From NCBI RefSeq assembly GCF_055900595.2, contig NZ_CM148325.1: a DNA stretch of 64,000 nt; one strand, given 5' to 3'. The position numbers and the translations under genes are program-made. Within the stretch, counting starts at the first letter, position 1; every line of letters begins with the position of its first letter. The notes beneath the pieces are model-generated. The model was given only the letters and a program-made list of their open reading frames with translations, was not told where the DNA came from and made no database searches. Below are positions 1 to 10,617 of this stretch, piece after piece.

Positions 1-1844
1 ATATTTTTCGCCATTTTTCCATTTTCATTTGTTTGATATATCACTCCAGGTATTCGTTGAAAAAAACTAGATAATGCATATTTGTCCGCTACATATGTAT
101 CATCCACATGATATTTCCCACCGAGCATAGTTGTAGTAACAATAAGCTTATACACACCTTTGGGTTGCCATGTTGATGGTAGTTCGAATTCTTTAATGAT
201 CACATCAAGATGATTAAGATAATGTTCAGAAATTCGATTTATTTGTTGAAAATAAGAACGCATAAATTTATTATTATGATCATGTATTAATGAGCTATCT
301 CCAACGATGTTACACACTTGCTGATAGTACTTACCATAATATATTGGTTGACCATTTGATTTTAGTTCTGTAAAAATCAAACAATCATCCAGGAGAATCA
401 CGCAATCGCACTGATAATTAGCATGAGCATCAATTGGAGAAGCTTTAATCCCCGCATCACGAACTTGTTTTATAAATTGTTGCTCATGAAATCGCCCTTT
501 ACTTGCTTGAGAAATTTTTTTGGAACCAAATAATGACATTAGAGAGCGAGTCACTGAGCTATTTGCTATTAATGCAGGCATTAAGCATAAACCGTCCATA
601 CAGGGAATAAATGGGCAATCATTAAGATCATGTGATTTTGAATTGAAGGTAAAATAATCTATCAGTTTTTTTGCTGCATCTGCTGCAATCCCCTTACGTT
701 GAAAGAATGATAACCAACTCTCACGGTTTTTTATGACCAGCCAGCGATCCAACTGTAGGGGTATAGGTTTTGTCGATGAAAATCTTTTGCTCATTTCTTC
801 TTTAGATAACTCGACTAAACATTGATAAGCGTGCACCCAATTAAATAATGATATATTCCCATATTCTTCATGAAGGTCATCAGGAGACATATTTTCCAAC
901 TCGCTTAAATGAAATGAGCTAAAAACGCCATCAGAATTTAAGTAAGATGGCATATGATCCTTTACCCAACTATTTAGATGAAAATGTTTGTTACTAAATT
1001 CATGAACTTCGCTATATAGATGTGACGCTCTCATCATTAGTCTATTTCTTGCAATCTCATAATCTCGGTATAAACAAAAACTATCAACCTCAAGAGAGTA
1101 AATGTTATTATCCAATTTTGTAAATACTGCACTACTTAGTCTGAAAAAGTCTCTTACTCTGCTTAATGAGTCAAAAACATTCCACTCATTAAGGTACCCT
1201 CCCATTGAAAGCAAGGTTTGTTTATTCACACAAGAAGTTAGTTTCAATGGCCCATGAGTCCGTAAATAAGAAAATATTCTTCCGGTGTAATTGGCTACCT
1301 CATCAAATGCCCTATCGATAACTCGAAAATATTCGATATCAGGTTCAGCATGAATATTAATATTTTCAGTAACGATAAATAATGGAAAAATCCTCTTCAT
1401 TTTTTTAGGATCATTGACCACAACCAAGGATGATAATGATGATAAAAACATCTCACAAAACATGATGAGATTAAGTATTAATGCATGTGATTTTTTTGTA
1501 TTTTTACGCCAAATACCAGCACATTTTGCAGCCGCAAAGAAAGAATTATTTATATCATGCATAATTTTACATTGACTCTCGAACTCAGAGATTAGTTCAA
1601 TGTTATCAGGAAATGAGTTTACTAGCTCATTAATACATTTTTTGAATGTATTGTTATACTCAACTTCAGTCTGAACTGAAAATCTATTATAATAGATGGA
1701 AGATATTCTCAGCACATCCAAGGCGATATCTATACTAATATCATCTCTTTTTATGTACTCACAAAAAAAAAGAACAAAACTGTTTCGGGTCGTTAGCAAG
1801 ATTACTAATTCTAGTGGTATCATAAACTTTTTCCATTTTTCCAT
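1..1844 (-). CDS. Hypothetical large protein, 3' end cut by window edge (at least 614 codons); AT-rich island gene with PD-(D/E)xK-like nuclease motif
   Basis: ATG at 1844-1842 on minus strand; I read all 614 codons down to position 3 and found no stop; in-frame stop at 1859-1857 closes the frame upstream. By-eye G+C about 30% versus about 50% in the flanking core. Translation contains FHEQQF...QCDCVILLDD...TELK around residues 450-495. Absent from the ORF track because it has no in-window stop. Confidence 0.6.
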   Translation of the reverse strand, partial: MEKWKKFMIPLELVILLTTRNSFVLFFCEYIKRDDISIDIALDVLRISSIYYNRFSVQTEVEYNNTFKKCINELVNSFPDNIELISEFESQCKIMHDINNSFFAAAKCAGIWRKNTKKSHALILNLIMFCEMFLSSLSSLVVVNDPKKMKRIFPLFIVTENINIHAEPDIEYFRVIDRAFDEVANYTGRIFSYLRTHGPLKLTSCVNKQTLLSMGGYLNEWNVFDSLSRVRDFFRLSSAVFTKLDNNIYSLEVDSFCLYRDYEIARNRLMMRASHLYSEVHEFSNKHFHLNSWVKDHMPSYLNSDGVFSSFHLSELENMSPDDLHEEYGNISLFNWVHAYQCLVELSKEEMSKRFSSTKPIPLQLDRWLVIKNRESWLSFFQRKGIAADAAKKLIDYFTFNSKSHDLNDCPFIPCMDGLCLMPALIANSSVTRSLMSLFGSKKISQASKGRFHEQQFIKQVRDAGIKASPIDAHANYQCDCVILLDDCLIFTELKSNGQPIYYGKYYQQVCNIVGDSSLIHDHNNKFMRSYFQQINRISEHYLNHLDVIIKEFELPSTWQPKGVYKLIVTTTMLGGKYHVDDTYVADKYALSSFFQRIPGVIYQTNENGKMAKN

Positions 1845-2485
1845 ACATCCTATTGTCTAAATTACTATAAAACTAGCCACTTAACTAATAATTATAAATT
1901 TCATCTTTTACACCTTGCATTTTTATAACCAATGAAATCTACAACAAGCAACTGATGGATAATCCGATATTGGTCGCATTTAATGGCATGGTAGCAAAGT
2001 TTTCATCACATACCTCCTTTGCACCAGAATAAACGCCAGAGACCTGAAATTGCGAGTACACTACAGAAATTGTACTGCCGGTCCCATCAGCATAAAACCA
2101 TAGTTACACAGGTAATCATCATTATTCACCAAGATAATAAATATTATTCGGTAGAATAGCGTTCTCAGGTGGTCAGTAAAATTGTCTTCAACAAGATGTC
2201 TGCGCATCTCGTCTGCTAGCCCTACATAACTGCTCTCGACCGAAACTATTTATTGAATGTTCACCAAGGTGGGCGTGGAGACAAAATGACGTCTTTTGAT
2301 ATTAGCTACCTGAGCCACATGGTCAAAACGTTCAAGTAGCATAGCGAAACCACCCTGCCCACGTAATGTGGACGATGCAGCTCCCAGCCAGAGCAAACTT
2401 GGGACCATCGACTACAAAATGAAGAATACTGAACTGCTTTTCTGGCAGGCCTATATACTGCACGGATATGGGTGATTTCAGACAC

Positions 2486-2510
2486 AAAAAAAGCCGCTCT
2501 TAAGCGACTC
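2486..2510 (-). terminator. Putative rho-independent terminator of leuX (hairpin with one G-U pair, then U-run on minus strand)
   Basis: Plus-strand A-run 2486-2492 followed by inverted repeat gccgct/agcgac 2493-2510, lying directly 3' of the tRNA on the minus strand. Confidence 0.45.
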
Positions 2511-2525
2511 GATTTGCATACGGTG

Positions 2526-2610
2526 TGGTGCCGAAGGCCGGACTCGAACCGGCACGTATTTCTACGGTTGATTTTGAATCAACTGCGTCTACCGATTTCG
2601 CCACTTCGGC
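2526..2610 (-). tRNA. leuX: tRNA-Leu (anticodon CAA)
   Basis: Reverse complement reads GCCGAAGTGGCGAAATCGGTAGACGCAGTTGATTCAAAATCAACCGTAGAAATACGTGCCGGTTCGAGTCCGGCCTTCGGCACCA: 85 nt with CAA in the anticodon loop, a long variable arm and an encoded CCA end. Confidence 0.92.
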
Positions 2611-2805
2611 ACTGAAGAGGTATGCGGAAAACGTTGTGGATTATACCTGTCACGCGCCACCATGCAAGCGCCAGCTTGCTCCCACCTCGCTAAGTGCTGA
2701 AATTTTCAGCATTGCATACAGCGATGTGTAACCTTTGTCACACTCCAGGCACCCCGCCCTACCATGCTCTACACTTCCCAGACAACACCAGAGAAGGACA
2801 AAAAT

Positions 2806-3825
2806 ATGTCGATGATAAAAAGCTATGCCGCAAAAGAGGCTGGCGGCAAACTGGAAGTTTATGAGTACGATCCCGGTGAACTGAAACCACAAGATGTCGA
2901 AGTGCAGGTGGATTACTGCGGGATCTGCCATTCCGATCTGTCGATGATCGACAACGAATGGGGATTTTCACAATATCCGCTGGTTGCCGGGCATGAGGTG
3001 ATTGGTCGCGTGGTGGCGCTCGGGAGCGCCGCGCAGGATAAAGGTTTGCAGGTCGGTCAGCGTGTCGGGATTGGCTGGACGGCGCGAAGCTGTGGTCACT
3101 GCGATGCCTGTATTAGCGGTAATCAGATCAACTGCGAGCAAGGTGCGGTGCCAACAATTATGAATCACGGCGGTTTTGCCGAGAAGTTGCGTGCAGACTG
3201 GCAATGGGTGATTCCACTGCCGGAAAATATCGATATCGAATCCGCCGGGCCGCTGCTGTGTGGTGGTATCACGGTCTTCAAACCACTGTTAATGCACCAT
3301 ATCACTGCCACCAGCCGCGTTGGGGTAATTGGTATTGGCGGGCTGGGGCATATCGCTATAAAACTTCTGCACGCAATGGGATGCGAGGTGACGGCCTTTA
3401 GTTCTAATCCGGCGAAAGAGCAGGAAGTGCTGGCGATGGGTGCCGATAAAGTAGTGAATAGCCGCGATCCGCAGGCACTGAAAGCACTGGCGGGGCAGTT
3501 TGATCTCATTATCAACACCGTCAACGTCAGCCTCGACTGGCAGCCTTATTTTGAGACGCTGACGTATGGCGGTAATTTCCATACAGTCGGCGCGGTCCTC
3601 ACGCCGCTGTCTGTTCCGGCCTTTACGTTAATTGCGGGCGACCGCAGCGTCTCTGGTTCAGCAACAGGTACACCTTATGAGCTGCGTAAGCTGATGCGCT
3701 TTGCCGCCCGCAGCAAGGTTGCGCCGACTACCGAACTGTTCCCGATGTCGAAAATTAACGACGCCATTCAGCATGTACGCGATGGTAAAGCGCGCTACCG
3801 CGTGGTGTTGAAAGCAGATTTTTGA
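2806..3825 (+). CDS. ahr: NADPH-dependent aldehyde reductase, Zn-dependent alcohol dehydrogenase family (339 aa)
   Basis: Translation [14 protein letters not shown]... with [16 protein letters not shown] and CGHCDAC zinc-ADH motifs. The ORF-track start at 2764 is an N-terminal over-extension; the start was placed at the MSMIKS methionine. Confidence 0.9.
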   Translation: MSMIKSYAAKEAGGKLEVYEYDPGELKPQDVEVQVDYCGICHSDLSMIDNEWGFSQYPLVAGHEVIGRVVALGSAAQDKGLQVGQRVGIGWTARSCGHCDACISGNQINCEQGAVPTIMNHGGFAEKLRADWQWVIPLPENIDIESAGPLLCGGITVFKPLLMHHITATSRVGVIGIGGLGHIAIKLLHAMGCEVTAFSSNPAKEQEVLAMGADKVVNSRDPQALKALAGQFDLIINTVNVSLDWQPYFETLTYGGNFHTVGAVLTPLSVPAFTLIAGDRSVSGSATGTPYELRKLMRFAARSKVAPTTELFPMSKINDAIQHVRDGKARYRVVLKADF

Positions 3826-3828
3826 AAA

Positions 3829-4392
3829 TCATTCGCAGCGCTGATCTGAGGCGCTGCCCTCTTTCGCACATATTCTGTTTTGTCTTATCGCCAGCACAGC
3901 CTGCCGACATTGTTCGGTGACATTGGCAATATCATGGTTGATATCAATGCGCACAATATCCTGTTCATCTGCTTGTGGTCGCTCCAGCGCCTCAAACTGA
4001 CTTTTTAGTAACGCTACCGGCATAAAATGCCCAGCCCGACGCTGCATTCGCGCGAGAATAGTTTCATAATCGCCATCTAACCAGAGGAAATGAACATGGG
4101 GGCTACCCTTGCGTAAAATATCACGATACTGTTTTTTTAATGATGAACAGACAATAAATCCTGTTTCATTCTTTTTATAAAGACTGTATGAAGCATCATT
4201 TAAGCGTTCCAGCCAGGGAAGTCGATCTTCATCAGATAATGGAATGCCTTGCGACATTTTATCTATATTTTTGGCTGGATGAAGATCGTCACCATCAATA
4301 AATTTCGCAGACAATAACGCGGCAACCTTGCTACCAATTAATGTTTTACCACTCCCTGATACGCCCATCAAAATAAAGCTTTCACCCGCCAT
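3829..4392 (-). CDS. idnK: Gluconokinase of the idonate pathway (187 aa)
   Basis: Walker A GVSGSGKT near the N-terminus; sits divergent from idnD and convergent with ahr, with a 3-nt gap. Confidence 0.9.
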   Translation of the reverse strand: MAGESFILMGVSGSGKTLIGSKVAALLSAKFIDGDDLHPAKNIDKMSQGIPLSDEDRLPWLERLNDASYSLYKKNETGFIVCSSLKKQYRDILRKGSPHVHFLWLDGDYETILARMQRRAGHFMPVALLKSQFEALERPQADEQDIVRIDINHDIANVTEQCRQAVLAIRQNRICAKEGSASDQRCE

Positions 4393-4493
4393 TTAAAATC
4401 TCCTGAATCATCTTACCTGCGGCGATACTACGCCTGGCGGCATAATAATTTCACGTTTTTTTATTTCTGTTGATAAGAATTACAAGGCACATC

Positions 4494-4522
4494 ACGTTAT
4501 GCGTAACATAGTAATGTAACAA
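4494..4522. promoter_or_regulatory. Putative GntR/IdnR-type operator in the idnK-idnD divergent promoter region
   Basis: Near-palindrome cgttatgcgtaacat, then gtaatgtaacaa, resembling the gnt operator half-site pattern (GTTAnnnnTAAC) within the 216-bp intergenic region. Confidence 0.3.
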
Positions 4523-4608
4523 TTTTCTGACGTGATCTTCATCACAAATAATGACAATTAAAACCGCTTAAATGCTTCCGAGGTGTCTACCTGACCAGTG
4601 AGGAATTT

Positions 4609-5640
4609 ATGCAAGTGAAAACACAGTCCTGCGTTGTTGCGGGCAAGAAAACTGTTGCCGTTACCGAGCAGACGATAGATTGGAATAATAATGGAACATT
4701 AGTACAAATAACCCGAGGTGGAATTTGCGGTTCCGATTTACATTATTATCAGGAAGGAAAAGTAGGTAATTTCATGATAAAGGCACCGATGGTGTTAGGT
4801 CATGAAGTTATCGGTAAAGTTATTCATAGCGACTCATCAGAATTACATGAAGGGCAAACGGTAGCCATTAATCCGTCTAAACCTTGCGGTCACTGCAAAT
4901 ACTGCATTGAACATAACGAGAATCAGTGTACAGAGATGCGTTTTTTTGGCAGTGCCATGTATTTCCCTCATGTTGATGGTGGCTTTACCCGTTATAAAAT
5001 GGTCGAAACGTCGCAATGTGTCCCTTATCCGGCCAAAGCTGACGAAAAGGTTATGGCTTTTGCCGAACCTTTAGCCGTCGCGATTCATGCCGCACATCAG
5101 GCCGGCGAGTTACAGGGCAAGCGAGTATTTATTTCCGGTGTTGGGCCCATTGGCTGCCTGATTGTCAGTGCTGTGAAAACACTGGGGGCCTCGGAAATTG
5201 TCTGTGCCGATGTGAGTCCCCGTTCCCTTTTGCTGGCCAAAGAGATGGGGGCGGATGTGCTCGTAAACCCACAAAACGACGATATGGATCACTGGAAAGC
5301 GGAAAAAGGCTATTTCGATGTCAGCTTTGAAGTGTCCGGTCATCCTTCATCAGTGAATACCTGTCTGGAAGTCACTCGTGCACGCGGCGTAATGGTGCAG
5401 GTAGGTATGGGAGGCGCGATGGCAGAATTCCCAATGATGACGTTGATTGGTAAGGAGATTTCACTCAAAGGCTCTTTCCGTTTTACCAGCGAATTTAATA
5501 CCGCAGTGTCATGGCTGGCGAATGGCGTTATCAATCCACTGCCTTTACTGAGTGCTGAATATCCCTTCACTGACCTGGAAGAGGCGCTACGTTTCGCCGG
5601 TGATAAAACCCAGGCAGCAAAAGTCCAGCTTGTTTTCTAA
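4609..5640 (+). CDS. idnD: L-idonate 5-dehydrogenase, Zn-dependent ADH family (343 aa)
   Basis: GICGSDLHYY and GHEVIGKV motifs; first gene of the idnDOTR cluster. Confidence 0.9.
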   Translation: MQVKTQSCVVAGKKTVAVTEQTIDWNNNGTLVQITRGGICGSDLHYYQEGKVGNFMIKAPMVLGHEVIGKVIHSDSSELHEGQTVAINPSKPCGHCKYCIEHNENQCTEMRFFGSAMYFPHVDGGFTRYKMVETSQCVPYPAKADEKVMAFAEPLAVAIHAAHQAGELQGKRVFISGVGPIGCLIVSAVKTLGASEIVCADVSPRSLLLAKEMGADVLVNPQNDDMDHWKAEKGYFDVSFEVSGHPSSVNTCLEVTRARGVMVQVGMGGAMAEFPMMTLIGKEISLKGSFRFTSEFNTAVSWLANGVINPLPLLSAEYPFTDLEEALRFAGDKTQAAKVQLVF

Positions 5641-5663
5641 GAGATAAATAAAGGAATAATACA

Positions 5664-6428
5664 ATGAACGATCTATTTTCACTGGCAGGAAAAAATATCT
5701 TGATTACCGGTTCAGCACAGGGCATTGGCTTTTTACTGGCAACCGGCCTGGGTAAATATGGCGCACAAATAATTATTAATGATATTACTGCCGAACGCGC
5801 AGAACTTGCTGTAGAAAAACTCCGCCAGGAGGGTATTCGGGCCGTTGCCGCACCTTTTAATGTTACCCATAAACATGAAATTGATACCGCCGTTGAACAT
5901 ATCGAAAAGGACATCGGCCCCATTGATGTGCTGGTGAATAACGCCGGTATCCAGCGCCGTCATCCTTTTACTGAGTTCCCTGAACAAGAGTGGAATGATG
6001 TGATCGCAGTAAACCAGACCGCCGTGTTCCTGGTGTCGCAAGCGGTAACTCGTCACATGGTTGAACGCAAGGCGGGTAAAGTTATTAATATTTGCTCGAT
6101 GCAAAGCGAACTGGGACGTGACACCATCACCCCTTATGCCGCATCGAAAGGAGCGGTAAAAATGCTCACCCGCGGCATGTGCGTCGAGCTGGCGCGCCAC
6201 AATATTCAGGTCAACGGTATTGCGCCGGGCTATTTCAAAACAGAAATGACTAAAGCACTGGTTGAGGACGAAGCCTTCACCGCCTGGTTGTGCAAACGGA
6301 CCCCCGCCGCACGCTGGGGCGATCCGCAGGAACTGATTGGTGCTGCGGTGTTCCTTTCTTCAAAAGCCTCTGATTTCGTAAACGGCCACCTGTTGTTTGT
6401 TGATGGCGGCATGTTGGTGGCTGTTTAA
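5664..6428 (+). CDS. idnO: 5-keto-D-gluconate 5-reductase, short-chain dehydrogenase (254 aa)
   Basis: SDR glycine-rich motif ITGSAQGIG and a YxxxK active-site context. Confidence 0.9.
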   Translation: MNDLFSLAGKNILITGSAQGIGFLLATGLGKYGAQIIINDITAERAELAVEKLRQEGIRAVAAPFNVTHKHEIDTAVEHIEKDIGPIDVLVNNAGIQRRHPFTEFPEQEWNDVIAVNQTAVFLVSQAVTRHMVERKAGKVINICSMQSELGRDTITPYAASKGAVKMLTRGMCVELARHNIQVNGIAPGYFKTEMTKALVEDEAFTAWLCKRTPAARWGDPQELIGAAVFLSSKASDFVNGHLLFVDGGMLVAV

Positions 6429-6492
6429 CAGCCACTACCCTGCGTGCAGCGCGAAAGCGCTGCTTTTCTGGCACTAATAAGAGATAAAGACT

Positions 6493-7812
6493 ATGCCATT
6501 AATCATTATTGCGGCAGGCGTCGCGCTGCTTCTTATCCTGATGATCGGCTTTAAAGTTAACGGCTTTATTGCCCTCGTTCTGGTAGCTGCCGTCGTCGGA
6601 TTTGCCGAAGGGATGGATGCACAGGCCGTCCTGCACTCTATACAAAATGGTATCGGCAGCACGCTCGGCGGGCTGGCAATGATCCTCGGTTTCGGGGCCA
6701 TGTTAGGCAAGCTGATTTCTGATACGGGCGCGGCACAACGTATCGCCACTACGCTGATTGCTACTTTTGGTAAAAAACGCGTGCAATGGGCGCTAGTGAT
6801 CACCGGTCTGGTTGTGGGCCTCGCCATGTTTTTTGAAGTGGGTTTTGTCCTGCTGTTGCCGTTGGTATTTACCATCGTAGCATCATCAGGATTACCCCTG
6901 TTGTATGTTGGCGTACCAATGGTAGCAGCGCTCTCTGTAACCCACTGTTTTCTGCCGCCACATCCTGGTCCTACTGCCATCGCGACTATCTTTGAGGCTA
7001 ATCTCGGAACGACTCTACTGTATGGATTTATCATTACCATTCCGACAGTTATTGTCGCAGGACCGCTGTTTTCTAAACTGCTAACTCGCTTTGAGAAAGC
7101 ACCACCAGAAGGCTTATTTAATCCTCATCTGTTTAGCGAAGAGGAGATGCCCTCCTTCTGGAACAGTATTTTCGCTGCCGTGATCCCGGTCATCCTGATG
7201 GCTATCGCCGCCGTTTGTGAAATTACGTTACCGAAAACTAACACCGTGCGCCTCTTCTTTGAATTTGTCGGTAACCCTGCCGTTGCACTGTTTATTGCCA
7301 TTGTTATTGCGATTTTCACACTGGGCCGACGTAATGGACGCACCATCGAGCAAATCATGGATATCATTGGGGATTCTATAGGCGCTATCGCGATGATTGT
7401 GTTTATTATCGCTGGCGGCGGCGCGTTTAAGCAGGTATTAGTAGATAGCGGTGTCGGGCAGTATATTTCACACTTAATGACCGGAACTACGCTTTCGCCG
7501 TTATTGATGTGCTGGACTGTTGCGGCGCTGTTGCGTATCGCTCTGGGCTCTGCCACCGTCGCGGCCATTACCACCGCGGGTGTGGTGTTGCCGATTATCA
7601 ACGTTACCCATGCCGATCCCGCTTTAATGGTACTGGCAACCGGTGCGGGCAGCGTGATCGCGTCACACGTAAACGACCCTGGCTTCTGGCTATTTAAAGG
7701 GTATTTTAATCTGACGGTTGGTGAAACGTTGCGTACCTGGACGGTGATGGAAACCCTTATTTCTATTATGGGTTTGCTGGGCGTGTTAGCCATTAACGCC
7801 GTATTGCACTGA
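6493..7812 (+). CDS. idnT: Gluconate/idonate transporter, GntP family (439 aa)
   Basis: Polytopic hydrophobic protein beginning MPLIIIAAGVALLLILMIGF; position within the idn cluster. Confidence 0.9.
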   Translation: MPLIIIAAGVALLLILMIGFKVNGFIALVLVAAVVGFAEGMDAQAVLHSIQNGIGSTLGGLAMILGFGAMLGKLISDTGAAQRIATTLIATFGKKRVQWALVITGLVVGLAMFFEVGFVLLLPLVFTIVASSGLPLLYVGVPMVAALSVTHCFLPPHPGPTAIATIFEANLGTTLLYGFIITIPTVIVAGPLFSKLLTRFEKAPPEGLFNPHLFSEEEMPSFWNSIFAAVIPVILMAIAAVCEITLPKTNTVRLFFEFVGNPAVALFIAIVIAIFTLGRRNGRTIEQIMDIIGDSIGAIAMIVFIIAGGGAFKQVLVDSGVGQYISHLMTGTTLSPLLMCWTVAALLRIALGSATVAAITTAGVVLPIINVTHADPALMVLATGAGSVIASHVNDPGFWLFKGYFNLTVGETLRTWTVMETLISIMGLLGVLAINAVLH

Positions 7813-7878
7813 AAGAATAAAATATTGTGATGTAGTTTCGGGGGAAGATTGAAGATTCCCCCGACGTTGGGAGAAGTT

Positions 7879-8877
7879 ATGCGCAATCACAGAATTTCTT
7901 TACAGGATATCGCTACGCTGGCTGGCGTAACAAAAATGACCGTGAGTCGTTATATCCGCTCGCCGAAAAAGGTGGCAAAGGAAACAGGCGAGCGCATCGC
8001 CAAAATTATGGAAGAGATCAATTATATCCCTAATCGCGCTCCCGGCATGTTGTTGAATGCACAAAGTTATACCCTCGGTATCTTGATTCCGTCATTTCAA
8101 AATCAACTCTTCGCTGACATTCTCGCGGGAATAGAATCCGTCACCTCTGAGCATAATTATCAGACCCTTATTGCTAATTACAATTACGATCGCGATTCCG
8201 AAGAAGAGTCGGTGATTAACCTGCTCTCTTATAACATTGACGGGATTATTCTTTCGGAAAAATATCACACCATCAGGACGGTGAAATTTCTGCGTTCAGC
8301 CACCATTCCGGTCGTGGAATTGATGGATGTACAGGGAGAACGGCTGGATATGGAGGTCGGTTTTGATAATCGGCAGGCCGCTTTTGACATGGTGTGTACC
8401 ATGCTGGATAAGCGAGTCAGGCGCAAAATTCTGTATCTCGGTTCCAAAGATGACACCCGCGATGAACAGCGTTATCAGGGGTATTGCGATGCGATGATGC
8501 TGCATAATCTTTCCCCGTTACGCATGAATCCACGCGCCATCTCATCCATTCATTTAGGAATGCAATTAATGCGTGATGCCCTTAGCGCAAACCCGGATTT
8601 AGACGGTGTATTTTGCACCAATGACGATATTGCGATGGGTGCGCTTCTGCTGTGCCGCGAGCGAAACCTCGCCGTGCCAGAACAAATTTCCATTGCGGGT
8701 TTTCATGGGCTGGAGATTGGCAGGCAAATGATCCCAAGCCTCGCCAGCGTAATTACTCCCCGTTTTGATATTGGTCGGATGGCCGCCCAAATGTTGCTGA
8801 GAAAAATTAAAAATAACGATCACAACCACAACACTGTTGACCTCGGGTATCAGATTTATCACGGTAACACGCTTTAG
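7879..8877 (+). CDS. idnR: LacI-family transcriptional regulator of idonate catabolism (332 aa)
   Basis: N-terminal helix-turn-helix [21 protein letters not shown]; start placed at MRNHRISL, 30 nt inside the ORF-track start. Confidence 0.85.
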   Translation: MRNHRISLQDIATLAGVTKMTVSRYIRSPKKVAKETGERIAKIMEEINYIPNRAPGMLLNAQSYTLGILIPSFQNQLFADILAGIESVTSEHNYQTLIANYNYDRDSEEESVINLLSYNIDGIILSEKYHTIRTVKFLRSATIPVVELMDVQGERLDMEVGFDNRQAAFDMVCTMLDKRVRRKILYLGSKDDTRDEQRYQGYCDAMMLHNLSPLRMNPRAISSIHLGMQLMRDALSANPDLDGVFCTNDDIAMGALLLCRERNLAVPEQISIAGFHGLEIGRQMIPSLASVITPRFDIGRMAAQMLLRKIKNNDHNHNTVDLGYQIYHGNTL

Positions 8878-8954
8878 GTTATTTTCTCTTCATTACACGT
8901 ATTCTCTTTGCCGGACGTTGCCTATACTCCAGGCAGGAAACTGGAGGAAATCTC

Positions 8955-10457
8955 ATGAGCGAACCCCTGTTAATTGCCCGCACGTCGGACACAGAACTGT
9001 TTTTACTGCCGGGAATGGCTAACCGTCACGGGCTGATTACTGGCGCAACGGGGACGGGTAAAACCGTTACGCTGCAAAAACTGGCGGAGTCATTGTCGGA
9101 AATCGGTGTTCCGGTGTTTATGGCCGATGTAAAAGGCGATCTGACCGGCGTCGCGCAGGCAGGAACTGCGTCGGAAAAACTGCTCGCAAGGCTGAAAAAC
9201 ATCGGCGTCAACGACTGGCAACCGCATGCTAATCCGGTGGTGGTGTGGGATATCTTTGGCGAGAAAGGCCATCCGGTGCGGGCGACGGTTTCAGACCTGG
9301 GGCCGCTGTTGCTGGCGCGACTGTTGAATCTCAACGATGTGCAATCTGGCGTGCTGAATATTATCTTCCGCATTGCTGATGATCAGGGGCTGTTACTGCT
9401 CGACTTTAAAGATTTGCGGGCGATTACCCAGTACATCGGCGATAACGCCAAATCCTTCCAGAATCAGTACGGTAATATCAGTAGCGCATCGGTTGGTGCC
9501 ATCCAGCGCGGGCTGTTGTCGCTGGAACAACAAGGCGCAGCACACTTTTTTGGCGAGCCGATGCTGGATATCAAAGACTGGATGCGCACCGATGCCAATG
9601 GTAAAGGGGTTATCAATATCCTCAGCGCCGAGAAGCTCTACCAGATGCCGAAACTGTATGCCGCCAGCCTGCTGTGGATGCTTTCAGAGTTATATGAACA
9701 ATTACCTGAAGCGGGCGATCTGGAGAAACCAAAACTGGTGTTTTTCTTCGACGAAGCACATCTGCTGTTTAACGATGCGCCACAGGTACTGCTGGATAAG
9801 ATTGAGCAGGTGATAAGGCTTATTCGCTCAAAAGGCGTGGGCGTCTGGTTCGTTTCGCAAAACCCGTCAGATATTCCGGATAATGTGCTCGGACAGCTAG
9901 GTAATCGCGTTCAACACGCTTTGCGGGCTTTTACGCCCAAAGATCAGAAAGCAGTAAAAGCTGCGGCGCAAACCATGCGGGCCAATCCGGCGTTTGATAC
10001 CGAAAAGGCAATCCAGGAACTGGGGACCGGCGAGGCGTTAATCTCGTTTCTCGATGCGAAAGGAAGTCCTTCAGTGGTGGAACGGGCGATGGTTATCGCG
10101 CCTTGTTCGCGAATGGGGCCGGTGACGGAAGATGAGCGTAACGGCCTGATTAATCACTCCCCGGTGTATGGCAAGTACGAGGATGACGTGGACCGGGAAT
10201 CCGCCTATGAGATGTTGCAAAAAGGCTTTCAGGCCAGTACCGGGCAGCAAAATAATCCTCCTGCGAAAGGGAAAGAGGTGGCGGTGGATGACGGTATTCT
10301 TGGTGGATTGAAGGATATTTTGTTTGGCACTACCGGACCACGCGGCGGGAAGAAAGATGGTGTGGTGCAAACAATGGCGAAAAGCGCCGCCCGCCAGGTG
10401 ACGAATCAGATTGTACGCGGTGTGCTGGGGAGTTTGCTGGGGGGGAGAAAAAGGTAA
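8955..10457 (+). CDS. yjgR: Conserved P-loop ATPase of unknown function, DUF853 (500 aa)
   Basis: Walker A GATGTGKT and a Walker B-like VFFFDEAH. Confidence 0.85.
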   Translation: MSEPLLIARTSDTELFLLPGMANRHGLITGATGTGKTVTLQKLAESLSEIGVPVFMADVKGDLTGVAQAGTASEKLLARLKNIGVNDWQPHANPVVVWDIFGEKGHPVRATVSDLGPLLLARLLNLNDVQSGVLNIIFRIADDQGLLLLDFKDLRAITQYIGDNAKSFQNQYGNISSASVGAIQRGLLSLEQQGAAHFFGEPMLDIKDWMRTDANGKGVINILSAEKLYQMPKLYAASLLWMLSELYEQLPEAGDLEKPKLVFFFDEAHLLFNDAPQVLLDKIEQVIRLIRSKGVGVWFVSQNPSDIPDNVLGQLGNRVQHALRAFTPKDQKAVKAAAQTMRANPAFDTEKAIQELGTGEALISFLDAKGSPSVVERAMVIAPCSRMGPVTEDERNGLINHSPVYGKYEDDVDRESAYEMLQKGFQASTGQQNNPPAKGKEVAVDDGILGGLKDILFGTTGPRGGKKDGVVQTMAKSAARQVTNQIVRGVLGSLLGGRKR

Positions 10458-10569
10458 GTCAGGTGCGATTTGTCTTTGCTTGATGCGACGCTGGCGCGTC
10501 TTATCATGCCTACACCACTGCAATATATTGAATTTTCATGATTTTTCAGGCATGAACAAAGCACACTTT

Positions 10570-10600
10570 GCTAACAATAATAAAGGGAGCTTTCGCTCCC
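10570..10600 (-). terminator. Putative terminator downstream of lptG
   Basis: Inverted repeat gggagc/gctccc at 10585-10600 with a U-rich tract on the minus strand, in the convergent gap between yjgR and lptG. Confidence 0.4.
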
Positions 10601-10617
10601 CTTATACGTTCATCCAG

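Noticed and set aside
1857-2525. Intact integrase or IS element beside leuX
   Set aside because: No ORF of 60 codons or more on any strand, and no terminal inverted repeats or transposase-like translation seen by eye; only the tRNA terminator is clear.
2764-2805. N-terminal extensions in the ORF track (ahr here; also idnR, argI, bdcA, ridA, treR, treC, nrdG, fbp, msrA, ytfK, yjgN, ytfR)
   Set aside because: The track reports the longest frame including GTG/TTG starts; the real starts were placed at internal ATG/GTG codons that reproduce the known protein lengths and have plausible ribosome-binding sites.
7125-7886. 253-codon antisense frame over idnT
   Set aside because: Overlaps the transporter gene on the opposite strand with no independent support.
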